Source: Macrostomum lignano (taxonomy: Eukaryota). Taken from it: DNA of 64,000 bases. Position numbers and translations under genes: made by a program. The notes under the pieces are model-generated. The model did not search any database. It saw nothing but the letters and a program-made list of their open reading frames with translations, and was not told the DNA's origin. The stretch is taken from positions 124,001 to 188,000 of the forward strand of contig NIVC01000906.1 of the NCBI GenBank assembly GCA_002269645.1. The letters are read 5' to 3'. The first letter of the stretch is position 1. Each line of letters starts with the position of its first letter. Shown in pieces: positions 26,340-39,895 of this stretch.

Positions 26340-26628
26340 GGCAATGGCTAGAGTTCCGGCACCGGAACCAATTTTCTAACCGCTACGGATCCGGCAGTGC
26401 CATTATAATATAGATGGAACATTATATTTTTCTTTCTAGATGGGGCTGATATTGAGATTTTGTTCTAGATTAAAATTTAAGACAATATGATAAGATTCGG
26501 GACGAGATGCTTCTAATATCCAGACTTCTTAGAAATGTTCTTAGCAGTCTTTATACGCTTCTATACGGCACTGCCGGATCCCTAGCTGTTAGAAAACGGG
26601 TTCCGGTGCCGGAACTCAACCCATTACC
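26340..26628. mobile_element. MITE with ~62-bp TIRs and GGCAATGG/CCATTACC termini (Merlin-like ends)
   Basis: 26340-26401 is an inverted match to 26566-26628 (gagttccggcaccggaacc...ggatccggcagtgcc). No TSD detected. Confidence 0.7.
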
Positions 26629-26689
26629 TATTACCTAGCCATTACGGGGCATTCGGAGAATTTGAACATGAGCAATCGGGTCTATGAAA

Positions 26690-27597
26690 TTTGCTTGCGA
26701 GAAGTTTGCTTGCCGAAGTTTGCTTGTCGAAGTTTGCTTGCGAGAAGTTTTCTTGCCGAAGTTTGCTTGCGGGACTTTTGCTTGCGGAAATTTGCTTGCC
26801 GAAGTCTGCTTGCCGAACTTTGCTTGCCGAACTTTGCTTGCCGAATTTTGCTTGCCGAACTTTGCTTGCCGAGCTTTGCTGGTGGAGTTTGCTTGCCGAA
26901 CTTTGCTTGCGGAATTTTGCCTGTTGAACTTTTCTTGCCGAGCTTGCTTGCCGAACTTTGCTTGCAGAAATTTTGCTTGCCACAGTTTTCTTGTGGAACC
27001 TCTAAGAACCTATTTTTGAGCTCTTGTATTTTTATTTTTATTTTCTAAGATTCGTGGAAGTCGCCTATAGTGTTATGATTTTGTATGAGGATATGGCGGA
27101 TTTGAAAAGCCCTAATGCAGAAATGGAATAATTTAGTTTTTTACTGGAAATACAGTTTCAACAAAAATTGTAGGACACAATTTCGAACAATGCACATATC
27201 GAATGATTTAGGCACCAAAACGTACAGAATAGATTTTTTGGAAATGAACGTACATTATGTACACCTGCAATGACATCATTTCTAACTAATTAGAATGAAA
27301 CTCTATATAGCCTAGTTTGAAAGCTTAGTGTCAAGTCAGTTTACGTCGACGCTGATAAGAATCCACTTGCAAAGCATCTGTAGTAGTAATAATTGACTGA
27401 CTGCAACTTCACAAGCAATCAAAACAAGCAAGCAGACAAGAAAATAATTCGGTAAGTTGAAATCTTGCAATTGTGATTGCGAATTTCTAGGAAGCAGACA
27501 TCAAAATTCCGCAAGAAAAGTTCGGCAAGCAAAATTTCTGCAAGCAAATTTCCTGCAACCAAAGTTCCGCAAGCAAACTTCGGCAAGCAAAATTCCA
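26690..27597. repeat. Two oppositely oriented arrays of a 14-15-bp unit (gaagtttgcttgcc at 26690-26995; ggcaagcaaa at 27505-27597)
   Basis: The same unit is read on opposite strands either side of a unique AT-rich spacer. Confidence 0.8.
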
Positions 27598-28625
27598 ATC
27601 ATAGTACTCGAAAACCAGTAAATGGATAAGAGCTGTTGCTGGTCTTAACATGACCACGAGTTGAGCGGGCACATGGGTGTCACTCGTCGTACATCATTGC
27701 ACCACTCATTGTTTGATAAGTTCGCGATGACTCATGCTTGTCGCCCAACTCAATCCCTGCGCACCAACCTCACCGATCGTTTTTGTTTAAAATCTTGTGC
27801 CAAGTGAGACAGTTTTATGACGCCCTATCTCTCTAAGCTCTTTCCTGACTGTTACGTAATCCCTATCATTGTATCATATATTCTTCTCCGCCGCGCCCAC
27901 CCCGATTTCTCGTCCAATCACAGCGCGGCTAACGACGGGGTGACGTCATGGGGGTTGCTTGGTAACGGAGGTCAAGGACAAGTCACGGCCTTCAATATCA
28001 CGCATCACGCTCTCGTGATCGCGTGACGCGTGATATCTGGGCTATAAATAAGAGCCCATTTTGGGTCCTAGAGCACAAAAGACCCCGGCATGCCCCCGAC
28101 TCATCACACTCCCGCTCTCGAGCCGACACGTCTTGATTTTATCCTCCCTCTTTCTTTCCTATACCTGATCCCTGTCTCTCGATCTCCCCCTTTATTTTAA
28201 ACTCTCTTCTTACGTGTTTTGTCTGGAATGATCGTCCGTGACTGCAGCCGCCGCCGTGACCTACCGACCATCGTGCCAAGCAGCCCTGCCCGTCAGCCGA
28301 GTCAGTAGTGTACTGTATAAGGTTTTCATAAAGTTTTTCGTTCAGAAAATTAGGATTTTCTGCACGTGTCTTGTGCCTATAAAAACCATTAAAATGGCAC
28401 AGCTCGGCTACTTTGGTTTTATGAGTCTATTTTATCATTTGTTAGCTGACTGTCTAGCAAGCCAATATGTGTAGCAGCAGGGATGATAAAATAGATTCAT
28501 AAAACCAATGATTGAAGCTTTGCCATTCATTTTTATGATTTTTGGGCACAGTAGTAAAGGTAAGTAGAATAAAAAATAAACATTTTTTTAAACAAAAAAA
28601 ACAAACAATAAGCATAAAAAATAAA

Positions 28626-29342
28626 CACTCATTTTAGCGCCGCAGGCACTCATTTTAACGCCGCAGGCATCCATTTTAGCGCCGCAGGCACTCATTTTAG
28701 CGCCGCAGGCACTCATTTTAACGCCGCAGGCATCCATTTTAGCGCCGCAGGCACTCATTTTAACGCCGCAGGCACTCATTTTAGCGCCACAGGCACTCAT
28801 TTTAGCGTCGCAGGCACTCATTTTAGCGCCGCAGGCACTCATTTTAGCGCCGCAGGCACTCATTTTAACGCCGCAGGCACTCATTTTAACGCCGCAGGCA
28901 CTCATTTTAACGCCGCAGGCACTCATTTTAACGCCGCAGGCACTCATTTTAACGCCGCAGGCACTCATTTTAGCGCCGCAGGCACTCATTTTAGCGCCGC
29001 AGGCATTCATTTTAGCGCCGCAGGCACTCATTTTAGCGCCGCAGGCACTCATTTTATCGCCGCAGGCACTCATTTTATCGCCGTAGGCACTCATTTTATC
29101 GCCGCAGGCACTCATTTTATCGCCGTAGGCACTCATTTTATCGCCGCAGGCACTCATTTTATCGCCGTAGGCACTCATTTTATCGCCGTAGGCACTCATT
29201 TTATCGCCGCAGGCACTCATTTTATCGCCGTAGGCACTCATTTTAGCGCCGTAGGCACTCATTTTATCGCCGCAGGCACTCATTTTATCGCCGTAGGCAC
29301 TCATTTTAGCGCCGTAGGCACTCATTTTAGCGCCACAGGCAC
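28626..29342. repeat. 21-bp minisatellite (cactcattttagcgccgcagg), ~34 copies, followed by an orphan hAT-MITE-like end (..cgacgcccctg, 29487)
   Basis: Period 21. Related units lie in reverse orientation at about 55700-55780. Confidence 0.9.
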
Positions 29343-30208
29343 TATGTTTTGTCGCTCTGCAGCAAAATTATTGATTTCCATAACGAGTCACAAGGTGGGG
29401 GGACAAAGCATTGGCAGGTCCCCCCAGATCTTTTACTGGGGGGGGGGACATGCCCCCCCCCTGTCCCCCCCGTTGGCGACGCCCCTGTATACCTACACCG
29501 TTACATTCTTTCAACGGCACGCATTTTTTCTTTCTCTTTAGGGTCAGTTTTTCAAACCATGCATGAAATCGTATAAACTCATCTTTCAAGTGGCCATGCA
29601 TTTTTTAATGAAGAGCATACAGAAACGCTATCTGTGCATACATAGACGATAGCCTTAGGGGCTCCATCATCATTATTTAAATTTTGTTTTGTTGTTTAAC
29701 TCAATCCATATGCCAACCATGCTGGCAGCTTCCAGGCTCGGGCGCTAGCGCAAGTCGTTACAAAACACGTTACTCAAAGCACTGAACCGGTTTGAAGATT
29801 GTACACTCTATACTTCTACTGTTACTCCAGCCAGCTCTGTGCAGTGCAGTGGCGACTCTCTGAGAAAGCCTTTGCCCATTCACACAAAGTGAATGCCTTG
29901 CGCTGTATTATATAAATGTAATTAAAGTGAGCAAATAGTAGTCGAGGCACCCCAAACATTGACTTGGGTCTTATATAATATTTATCTAGCTAGCTAAAGA
30001 AAGCTGTGTTGACACTGCTCAATACAATGCACATTTGAATATCTAAGCATAAAGCTAAAATTTATGCAACAGCCAATGGCAAAGCGCCCTGAAAAATTTG
30101 TCGTCACACGGCCAAGTCCATGCAGCTATAAACGCATGCAGTACGAACTGCACACTGCTTGCTTGCGGCATCAATCAATCACGTTTGATCAAATCCTGGA
30201 AAAATATC

Positions 30209-33200
30209 ATGGCAACACCTGGCGAACTCGCAGCATTACTGAACATCACTCAGGAGCTCGACGGTCTAAAAACGTCCGTAGCTGCCACCAACGCTTCGGT
30301 TGATGCATTCTTTCTATGCACAATGGCTATAGTGATCTATTTTATGCAGTGCGGCTTCGCTTTCCTTGAAGCTGGAGCAGTGAGATCGAAGCACACTACC
30401 AACATATTGATTAAGAATATCCTGGACTCGTTCATTGGCTGCATTGCTTATTACATATTCGGTTGGGCGTTGGCCTTTGGCGAGCCTGGCAACGCTTTTT
30501 GCGGAAACAGCTTCTGGGCAATGGCTCAGCTGTCCGACAGTAAACTGCCTCTATGGTTCTTTCAGTTCGTGTTCGCCGCCACTTCGGCCACCATTGTGTC
30601 CGGGGCGCTGGCCGAGCGCTGCGACTTCATCGCTTATGTTGTCTACTCGTTCCTCCTCACTGGTGAGTGAGGAAGGTGCACAATGTTGTGGGGGAATCAG
30701 GTTCTGCCATTATTTGGGGGAATCAGGTTCTGCTATTGTTTGGGGAATCAGGTTCTGAGAGTAGTGATGGGGAATGAGATTCTGAGAAGATTAGTGGGGA
30801 ATGAGGTTCTGGGAGTGGGGGGAATGAGATTCTGAGATTAGTGGGGAATGAGGTTCTGGAAGTGGGAGGAATGAGATTCTGAGATTAGTGGGGAATGAGG
30901 TTCTGGAAGTGGGGGAATGAGATTCTGAGATTAGTGGGGAATGAGGTTCTGGAAGTGGGGGAATGAGATTCTGAGATTAGTGGGGAATGAGGTTCTGGAA
31001 GTGGGGGAATGAGATTCTGAGATTAGTGGGGAATGAGGTTCTGGAAGTGGGGGGAATGAGATTCTGAGATTAGTGGGGAATGAGGTTCTGGGAGTGGGGG
31101 GAATGAGATTCTGAGATTAGTGGGGAATGAGGTTCTGGAAGTGGGGGGAATGAGATTCTGAGATTAGTGGGGAATGAGGTTCTGGGAGTGGGGGGAATGA
31201 GATTCTGAGATTAGTGGGGAATAAGGTTCTGGGAGTGGGGGGAATGAGATTCTGAGATTAGTGGGGAATGAGGTTCTGGGAGTGGTAGGAATGAGATTCT
31301 GAGATTAGTGGGGAATGAGGTTCTGGGAGTGGGGGGAATGAGATTCTGAGATTAGTGGGGAATGAGGTTCTGGAAGTGGGGGGAATGAGATTCTGAGATT
31401 AGTGGAAATGAGGTTCTGGAAGTGGGGGGAATGAGATTCTGAGATTAGTGGGGAATCAGGTTTTGAGATTATAGGTAAATCAGGTTGTTGAAAAATTGAA
31501 AATGTACTCAACTCAAAGGCAAACAGAGATAAACTCAACAGCAAAAAGCACAAGACTCATCTGGCAGTGTTTCAGTGAAAGACACCAATTTTCTTAAGAG
31601 CACAGTCGCACAGATGCCAGACACACAAATGCCAATTGCTCTGAGTTCTGTTTTGCGCATGCTGACCACACCCCCAAGAGAAACCGACAGTTTGCTCATC
31701 TCATCGGTGTGTTTGCGAAATCTATAAAGCCCTCATCTGTTTACTCAGGAAAAATAAGTACCAGCACAATAGAAGCAGAGCCCCCCCCCACAATCCGAAA
31801 ATTAAATAGTCCTTGCTCTGACCTTGGAAACAGTTGTTCGGGTTTGTTTTCGTAGAGCGAAAAAACCTCTGCGGAGATATTGCAAACAATTTGCTATGCG
31901 CATATTTTGGTCACATAAAAATGCTTTAGTTCGACTGGAGTCGCTCGATCCGTTCCAATTATTATAAATTAGAAAATTTGCATGCAATCAAAATAATAAT
32001 TGGAGAATGGCTGTTCAGTCTGTGCGCCTTGGCCCTCATGGTTCTGAATCACATGACAACCCTTTTACTGTCATTTTTTAGGGATTTTTGAAACCTCAAA
32101 TGGGATTAATATTGACTTATATGGGTTAATATGGTTGGGGTTAAGATTTCAGAGGGATATCAGATACCAGAACAGATATCAGAGGGATATTCAGATACCA
32201 GAACAGATATCAGAGGGATATCAGATACCAGAACAGATATCAGAGGGATAATCAGATACCAGAACAGATATCAGAGGGATATCAGATACCAGAACAGATA
32301 TCAGAGGGATAATCAGATACCAGAACAGATATCAGAGGGATATCAGATACCAGAACAGATTTCAGAGGGATATCAGATACCAGAACAGATTTCAGAGGGA
32401 TATCAGATACCAGAACAGATTTCAGAGGGATAATCAGATACCAGAACAGATATCAGAGGGATATCAGATACCAGAACAGATTTCAGAGGGATAATCAGAT
32501 ACCAGAACAGATATCAGAGGGATAATCAGATACCAGAACAGATATCAGAGGGATATCAGATACCAGAACAGATTTCAGAGGGATATCAGATACCAGAACA
32601 GATTTCAGAGGGATATCAGATACCAGAACAGATTTCAGAGGGATATCAGATACCAGAACAGATATCAGAGGGATATTAGATACCAGAACAGATTTCAGAG
32701 GGATATCAGATACCAGAACAGATTTCAGAGGGATATCAGATACCAGAACAGATTTCAGAGGGATATCAGATACCAGAACAGATTTCAGGGGGATAATCAG
32801 ATACCAGAACAGATATCAGAGGGATATATCAGATACCAGAACAGATTTCAGAAGGATATCAGATACCAGAACAGATATCAGAGGGATATTCAGATACCAG
32901 AACAGATATCAGAGGGATATTCAGATACCAGAACAGATTTCAGAGGGATATCAGATACCAGAACAGATATCAGAGGGATATTCAGATACCAGAACAGATT
33001 TCAGAGGGATATTAGATACCAGAACAGATTTCAGAGGGACATCAGATACCAGAACAGATTTAGGCTTTCAGTGAATAGTTTAAATGGCCTGAATTCTGCT
33101 ATTTTTTTAATGCGTTCAACCTCCAAATGCACAGGTTTTGTTTATCCCATCGTGTCCCACTGGGCCTGGAATCCGATCGGTTGGCTGGCTGTGGGCCTCA

Positions 33201-36200
33201 CGGCGCAGAACGGGACTCTTGTGTCGCACTATAAGGTAAAAACGTGTAATACAAGCGCGTAAAGTCAACTTTATATAGTACTTCCACGATCATACTAGCT
33301 CAAATCACTACGATCAGATGGGCGGTCGGGGAAGATGGGGTTTCAGGGGAGATGGGGTGGGTGTCAGCGGAGATGGGGTGGATGTCAGGGGAGATGGGGT
33401 GGATGTTAGGGGAGATGGGGTGGATGTCAGGGGAGATGGGGTGGATGTCAGAGGAGATGGGGTGGGTGTCAGGGAGATGGGGCGGGTGTCAGGGGAGATG
33501 GGGTGGGTGTCAGAGGAGATGGGGTGGATGTCAGGGGAGATGGGGTGGGTGTCAGGGGAGATAAGGTGGGTGTCAGGGAGATGGGGCGGGTGTCAGGGGA
33601 GATGGGGTGGGTGTCAGAGGAGATGGGGTGGATGTCAGGGGAGATGGGGTGGGTGTCAGGGGAGATGGGCTGGATGTTAGGGGAAATGGGGTGGGTGTCA
33701 GAGGAGATGGGGTGTCAGGAAAGCTCATCAGTTCGACACAAAATTCGCACAGACAAAGAAGACTTGTTGTCCATTTCGCTTACGCATGCGATTCTGTATA
33801 TTTTAACATCTGCCGATATGTATTGTTAAAACTTTAAAAAGACATGGTTTAGTGTTTAAAAAACCCAAATGCCTTGTAGGACTTCGCCGGTAGCGGCGTC
33901 GTGCACATCACCGGCGGCACGGCGGCCCTCGTCGCTGCAGCCTTGCTGGGCCCGCGGATTAACCGGTTCGACCCTGAGACGGGCGAATCCCGAGCCATTC
34001 CCGGACATTCGGTGCCGCTCGTCTCCCTAGGCGGATTCGTGCTGTTCTTCGGCTTCTTGGCATTCAACGGCGGCAGCCAGTTGCACATTCAACAGGCTAA
34101 TGATGGGGCAGTCGTGGCCAACGCTATGGTGAACACCGTGCTGAGCGGCAGCACGGGAGCCTTCACCACCCTGCTGCTGACTCGCATACTCAGGCCCCAC
34201 TGGTCGCTGCTAAGAACAATTAACGGTGCGTTTTAATCGAAATTAAACAATTTTCTAAGCTACTGTTAGTAGTCAAAAAGTAGTGGTAAATAGTTCTATA
34301 TACTAAAAATGAAAATCTTGCTTGTGCGCAATCGATTTTGCGCACGAGACACTAAAAATACGGTGAAATTGAGCTCAGGTAATTTTGTGGCTTGCTCAGA
34401 GTTAAACCCAATCGCTCATCCACCCGCAATAATTGCGCTCTTTCTAAAAACTATAAATGAAAGAGACAACTATGAATGACGTGAGCTCGAATTTTGGCAC
34501 CTATAGGGCGTGGCATCCACCAGGCTAAGAGACAGGGGCGCCCACCAAGAGACAGGGGCGCCCACTAAAAGAAAGGGGTGCCTACCAACAGACAGGGGCG
34601 CTCACCAAGAGACAGGGGCGCGCACCAAGAGACAGGGGCGCCTATCAAAAGACAGGGGCGCCCATCAAAGAGACAGGGGCGCCCACCAAGAGACAGGGGC
34701 GCCCACTTAGAGACAGGGCGCCCACCAAGAGACAGGGGCGCCTATCAAAAGACAGGGGCGCGCACCAAAGAGACAGGGGCGCCCACCAAGAGACAGGGGC
34801 GCCCACCAAAAGACACCAAATATTGACACCCCTTAGTTTTGCAGCTCATCAAATTAAAATTCGTCAATGGCGTACGCAACTAAGAATGAATAATTAACCA
34901 CTCGGCTGTCTTAGAGGGTCACGTGACGCAATCAGCCTTTCTGTGTAACTAACCACAACCAAATCTGCTTAACTTGTAGTTACAGCGATCAAGATAAATA
35001 AACTGTGCTAATTTGTTTAGCTACTAAGAGTAGGAATGCATGTAAATCAGTTTGTTTACGTTTTTTTTCTATCAATAAAAGTACAAAATGCACTACAGGC
35101 GGTCTGGCCGGTATGGTGGCCATCTGCGCCGGTTGCAATGTACTTTACACCTGGGGCGCCTGCGTTATGGGATTTTTTGCGGCAGGATCCTACATGGCCT
35201 GGTCGAAACTGGTACTGGCGATGCGGATCGACGATCCGGTATGGAAATTATGCTGTTTTTGCTGAGCATAAACCAGAAATAAACAACTTAATCAACCAGA
35301 AATAAACTACCCAATAAATTAGAACTAAACTACCCAATAAACCAGAACTAAAATACCCAATAAACCAGAACTAAAATACCCAATAAACCAGAACGAAACT
35401 ACCCAATAAACCAGAACTAAACTACCCAATAAACCAGAACTAAACTACCTAAGGAACCAGAACTAAACTACATAAGAAACCAGAACTAAACTACATAAGA
35501 AACCAGAACTAAACTACATAAGAAACCAGAACTAAACTACATAAGAAACCAGAACTAAACTACATAAGAAACCAGAACTAAACTACATAAGAAACCAGAA
35601 CTAAACTACATAAGAAACCAGAACGAAACTACATAAGAAACCAGAACGAAACTACCCAATAAACCAGAACTAAACTCTCTAAGAAACCAGAACTAAACTA
35701 CCCAATAAACCAGAACTAAACTACATAAGAAACCAGAACTAAACTACCTAAGAAACCAGAACGAAACTACCCAATAAACCAGAACTAAACTCCCTAAGAA
35801 ACCAGAACGAAACTACCCAATAAACCAGAACTAAACTCTCTAAGAAACCAGAACTAAACTACCCAATAAACCAGAACTAAACTACATAAGAAACCAGAAC
35901 TAAACTACCTAAGAAACCAGAACGAAACTACCCAATAAACCAGAACTAAACTCCCTAAGAAACCAGAACGAAACTACCCAATAAACCAGAACTAAACTCC
36001 CTAAGAAACCAGAACTAAACTCCCTAAGAAACCAGAACTAAACTACCTAAGAAACCAGAACTAAACTACCTAAGAAACCAGAACTAAACTCCCTAAGAAA
36101 CCAGAACTAAAATACCCAACGTACCGGAAAGAAACCACCCAATGAACCAACAGTTCAAAGCATTATTCAATAAAATATATGCACTAACTGCTAAGGTCGA

Positions 36201-38018
36201 AGCCATCGCGGTGCACTACGGCGGAGGCATCTGGGGCGTCATCGGTGTCGCTTTCCTTCGTCGCGATCGGGGCATCCTGTTTTACTGGAACGCGCAGAGC
36301 GGCCTGGACCTGGCCATGCAGCTGGTTGGCGTCCTGTCAATCACCGCCTGGTCTGGCGTCGCTTCGCTAATCATTTTTGGCGCCCTTCGATTGCTGAAGG
36401 TGCTGCGAGTGCCGCCAGAGTTGGAGATTAAAGGTGAATGGCTTTGCTTGAGGGCATAGGTGGAAGTGTGCGGTTTGAGAAAGTGGGGTTGGGGCTAAGA
36501 GATTTTAATTGGAGGTTTGTGATTGAAGGGAGTGGGATGGGTGGGGTTGAGGGTAAGAGAGTTGAGGGTTTGCGGTAGGAGGGAGTGGGTTAGATGGGGG
36601 TTGAGGGTGAGGGATCGTTGAGGGTTTGCGGTCGGAAGGAGTGGGGTGGGGGTGGGGGTTGAGGGTAAGGGATCGTTGAGGGTTTGCGGTCGGAGGGAGT
36701 GCGAGTGTCTGAGGAAGTACATGTACATGTAGAATCAGAGCCGTTAAGCTCGCGTTCTGCCGTATAGCCGTTTATTATATTGTCAAGGAAGAATAGAGAT
36801 TTTATAGTTTTATAGAGCGGCAGCTTTAAGGGCTTGGGGTACGTGACAATGAGATGTTAACTATAAAAGTATACGTGCAAATGTACTATGTACATGACGT
36901 TAAATTTCCCCGAATTTCAAGGCATGGACTATCCAAAACACGGCGAAATGGCCTACCCGCTGTCTGCTTACGGACACGGCTGGAAGGAAGGTGAGTTGCC
37001 TGCTGTGCGTGCACCATACACTGTACACTCACTCCAGAATTTTACAATGTGCACAGTCACCTCAGGATGGTACAATGTACATGTACACCTATAGCCAATC
37101 CGCGATTCTACAATGTGCAACCACGGACTACTTAATTGTCGTTTATATAGGACGCAACACGCACGATTCGTGTAATTTTTTTTGGAGGCTGAATTTCCCT
37201 TAGCGTATACTATAGCTTTAGCAGGGCATTGAAATGCTTTTATCATAGAATGCAGATCTTTTTAGTTTTTAGAGTGTTTTTTGTTTTTGTCCCATTTTTT
37301 ATCAATACATAATTTCCGTCTAGCTTAGTACTGTTTAGAAATGTATCGTTTATACATAGCTAGCCTAACCTAATTTAAATTAGAATTTGTATGTAGACCA
37401 TAGGAGGCATAGGCCATCTATGCAAGTATACTTTTTGGAAATTTATCATGTGAAAAAACTACACTTCGGCGAGTTTCTGGAGTCGAGCTACATAAAATTG
37501 AATATTCAGCCTCCAATAAAATTTGCACGTTTTGCGCGTGTCGCGTCCTTCTACTTAAGTAGTCCGTGTGTGCAACCAATAGAATCACTCTAATTAAGAT
37601 TCCACAATTGTGCAGCCATACAAAGTGCAGTCACTTTTTAGGATTAAAATGTACATGTACATGTACAGCCACTAAGATTGTAAATGTACATGTACATCCT
37701 TTGAAGGCTCACTGTAAGGCATCGTAGTACACCCTCGATCACCATATGGTAATTTGTATGTATTATTACTGTACTAATTTGTACACTCCATTTTCACAAT
37801 GGAATGTCATGATAACTCGCTGTTCGCAATGTCACACAGACAACGCGATACCAGAGATTGGCTTCTCTGAAATCGTACGCCCCGAGTTGGTGATCAGCCG
37901 AAGCCACTGCAGCTCCAAGCCAGCCTGGCAACCAGACACAGTAAATGGCAAAACAATTGACCCGAGCTCCCATATTGGACAGAACGGTTACGCCAATCAG
38001 GGCGCTGATTTAATCTGA
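30209..38018 (+). CDS. amt: Ammonium transporter (Amt/Mep family), 7 exons, 508 aa
   Basis: Exons 30209-30662, 33135-33235, 33880-34225, 35099-35238, 36196-36433, 36922-36990 and 37840-38018 are all GT-AG and total 1527 nt in frame. Motifs: MQCGFAFLEAGAVRSK, FFQFVFAATSATIVSGALAER, DFAGSGVVH, GFLAFNGGS, IDDPVEAIAVH, PKHGEMAYP. Exon 7 is supported only by phase and acceptor. Confidence 0.95.
30690..31470. repeat. Intronic G-rich minisatellite, ~46-47-bp unit (gggaatgagattctgagattagtggggaatgaggttctggaagtgg)
   Basis: Starts about 25 bp after the amt exon 1 donor. The unit is itself a degenerate dimer. Confidence 0.9.
32135..33060. repeat. Intronic 30-bp minisatellite (gatatcagataccagaacagatttcagagg)
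   Basis: Period 30/31, in amt intron 1. Confidence 0.92.
33335..33718. repeat. Intronic 21-bp G-rich minisatellite (gagatggggtggatgtcaggg)
   Basis: In amt intron 2, with several G3-G4 runs per unit. Confidence 0.9.
34504..34833. repeat. Intronic 20/21-bp minisatellite (gagacaggggcgcccaccaa) inside possible hAT-MITE-like ends
   Basis: In amt intron 3. The loose termini tagggcgtggca / tgacacccct have no TSD. Confidence 0.8.
35270..36120. repeat. Intronic 23-bp minisatellite (aaaccagaactaaactacataag)
   Basis: Fills most of amt intron 4. Confidence 0.92.
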
Positions 38019-38714
38019 GAAATTGATTTATATTTCATCATCAAAAGTGTAGAAACGTCAACGTTATTAACCCCTACACAAGTTTTTTTATGACCATGAA
38101 CTACGTAACAAATGACGTACTTTAACAAACCGTTTACTACTTCGCACTTTATTTTAAATTTTGCATACAGAATCTCGTTAAAAATCTCTGAACTTTTTTT
38201 ATAACTAACGCTTTCTGCCAACCACAAAACTTGTAGAAGTTGTTAGTATTTACACACTATTTATATCTTCCCCTTAAAAAAGCTTTCAAATGTCTGTCGT
38301 ATCAACAACAAAAAACCAATAAAAACTTTCGCAACGATTGAAGCAATTTAATTAGCGCATAATTTTACTATGGCTTGTGTTTTATTCATCTACTATTGAA
38401 AAGGCACCAACTCATGTCGTACCACTAGATATACTAGATCTAGCAGTAGCCATTGTGTTTATTTATATATTTTTAAGACAAACAAAAATTAAGCAATAAT
38501 ATCAGACTTAAAATATGGAATCACTAACAAAACCAAAATAACGTAGCGAGACATTGACGTCACATCCGAACCACTTCAATTCAACTTAGAGAGCCACTTC
38601 CACTTTAATGTTACTGAGCATACAGACTCATTCTCGCGGCCGACAATCAAGTTGATGAGGGATGCTGATATTATAAAATAAATAGCAGGGGGCAGCGGAT
38701 CCTGAACAATGGGT

Positions 38715-39020
38715 GGGCAGCGGGTCCTGAAGAATCAGGGGCCAAAAAAGGTCCTGAAGAATCAGGGGCCAAAAAAGGTCCTGAAGAATCAGGGGCCAAA
38801 AAAGGTCCTGAAGAATCAGGGGCCAAAAAAGGTCCTGAAGAATCAGGGGCCAAAAAAGGTCCTGAAGAATCAGGGGCCAAAAAAGGTCCTGAAGAATCAG
38901 GGGCCAAAAAAAGGTCCTGAAGAATCAGGGGCCAAAAAAGGTCCTGAAGAATCAGGGGCCAAAAAAGGTCCTGAAGAATCAGGGGCCAAAAAAGGTCCTG
39001 AAGAATCAGGGGCCAAAGAC
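38715..39020. repeat. 27-bp minisatellite (ggtcctgaagaatcaggggccaaaaaa)
   Basis: Period 27, with one 28-bp unit that shifts the apparent ORF frame. Confidence 0.9.
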
Positions 39021-39535
39021 TCCTGAAGGGGGCAGTGGATCCTGAAGAATCGGGGGCATCGGGTCCTGAAGTATTAAGGCAGAGGACCCAAAAAAAAAGA
39101 AATTGACAGAACCAGAGGAGCCATAAAAGTCGTATGCTATAAAAGGAAATTAACAAAACGAATTTAAAAATAGCAGCAAAACCACAGAAACCAATAATTA
39201 TATAGCAATGCGCAACGTCAATACCAATAATGTATGCAATAAACAATATATGAGCAGCAGATGATCAATAGAGAATAGCTTTCATATAGATTTTCTAAAT
39301 GAGGATCTAGATAATCGAAGTTGACGAGTCTCTGTCAGCAAAGGCGAGTTAAACGCAGTCATTTGGTGCCGTCTGGGTGTCGAGATGTCGTACGAGATGT
39401 CACGGTGTACAAGTCGACAAAAAGTCGCTTAAGAATCAATTTGAGGCGTTTTATTGTCTGCGACTCTAAGGGACTGCATCTACGTCACTTGATGAATTAA
39501 ATCGCATTTCGCATTAACAAAACTCTATTTAGTCT

Positions 39536-39895
39536 TTTTTTTATTAGAGGCAGGGGGGTTGTGTGCACCCTGGCGCACTTTAGGCGACATTGTCACACAA
39601 CCGGCGAGAGGCATTACTGCCCATTCCGCCGACTCCCCTGAGCAGGCATACAAGCGCGCGGATACGTTACGCAGGCACACACTCACACAGGAGTGTACAG
39701 CGGCCCTAACTTTATTTTATCGTTAGGCATGTACACTACACTGCGCCTTGGGGGGTTGGCTCTCGAGGCCGTTAATTGCACAAGCGAGCCAAGCCGAAAT
39801 TCCAATTCAGCCCCAAATTAATGTGGCTGCACTTGGAATCGAGCCTGGGTCGCGGCACATCAGAGCAGCTGCGCTACCGCTGGGCTACGGCCCCC
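39536..39895 (-). mobile_element. tRNA-derived SINE with 13-bp TSD
   Basis: The minus-strand head GGGGGCCGTAGCCCAGCGGTAGCGC...GGCTCGATTCC gives an A box and a B box (1 mismatch). There is an A-rich tail at about 39536-39545, and CTCTATTTAGTCT is duplicated at 39523-39535 and 39896-39908. Confidence 0.85.

Noticed and set aside
27850-28330. Possible solo LTR (TGTTACG start, TATA at about 28042, CGTGA hairpin at about 27996-28033)
   Set aside because: No matching CA end with a TSD, no PBS and no internal domain. It could equally be promoter DNA.
26642-29325. ORFs such as KFACRSLLAE and MSACGAK repeats
   Set aside because: They are products of the 14-15-bp and 21-bp tandem repeats.
39820-39895. 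tRNA gene
   Set aside because: It has A/B boxes but no proper acceptor stem or cloverleaf, and it continues into a body with an A-tail and TSD, so it is a SINE head.
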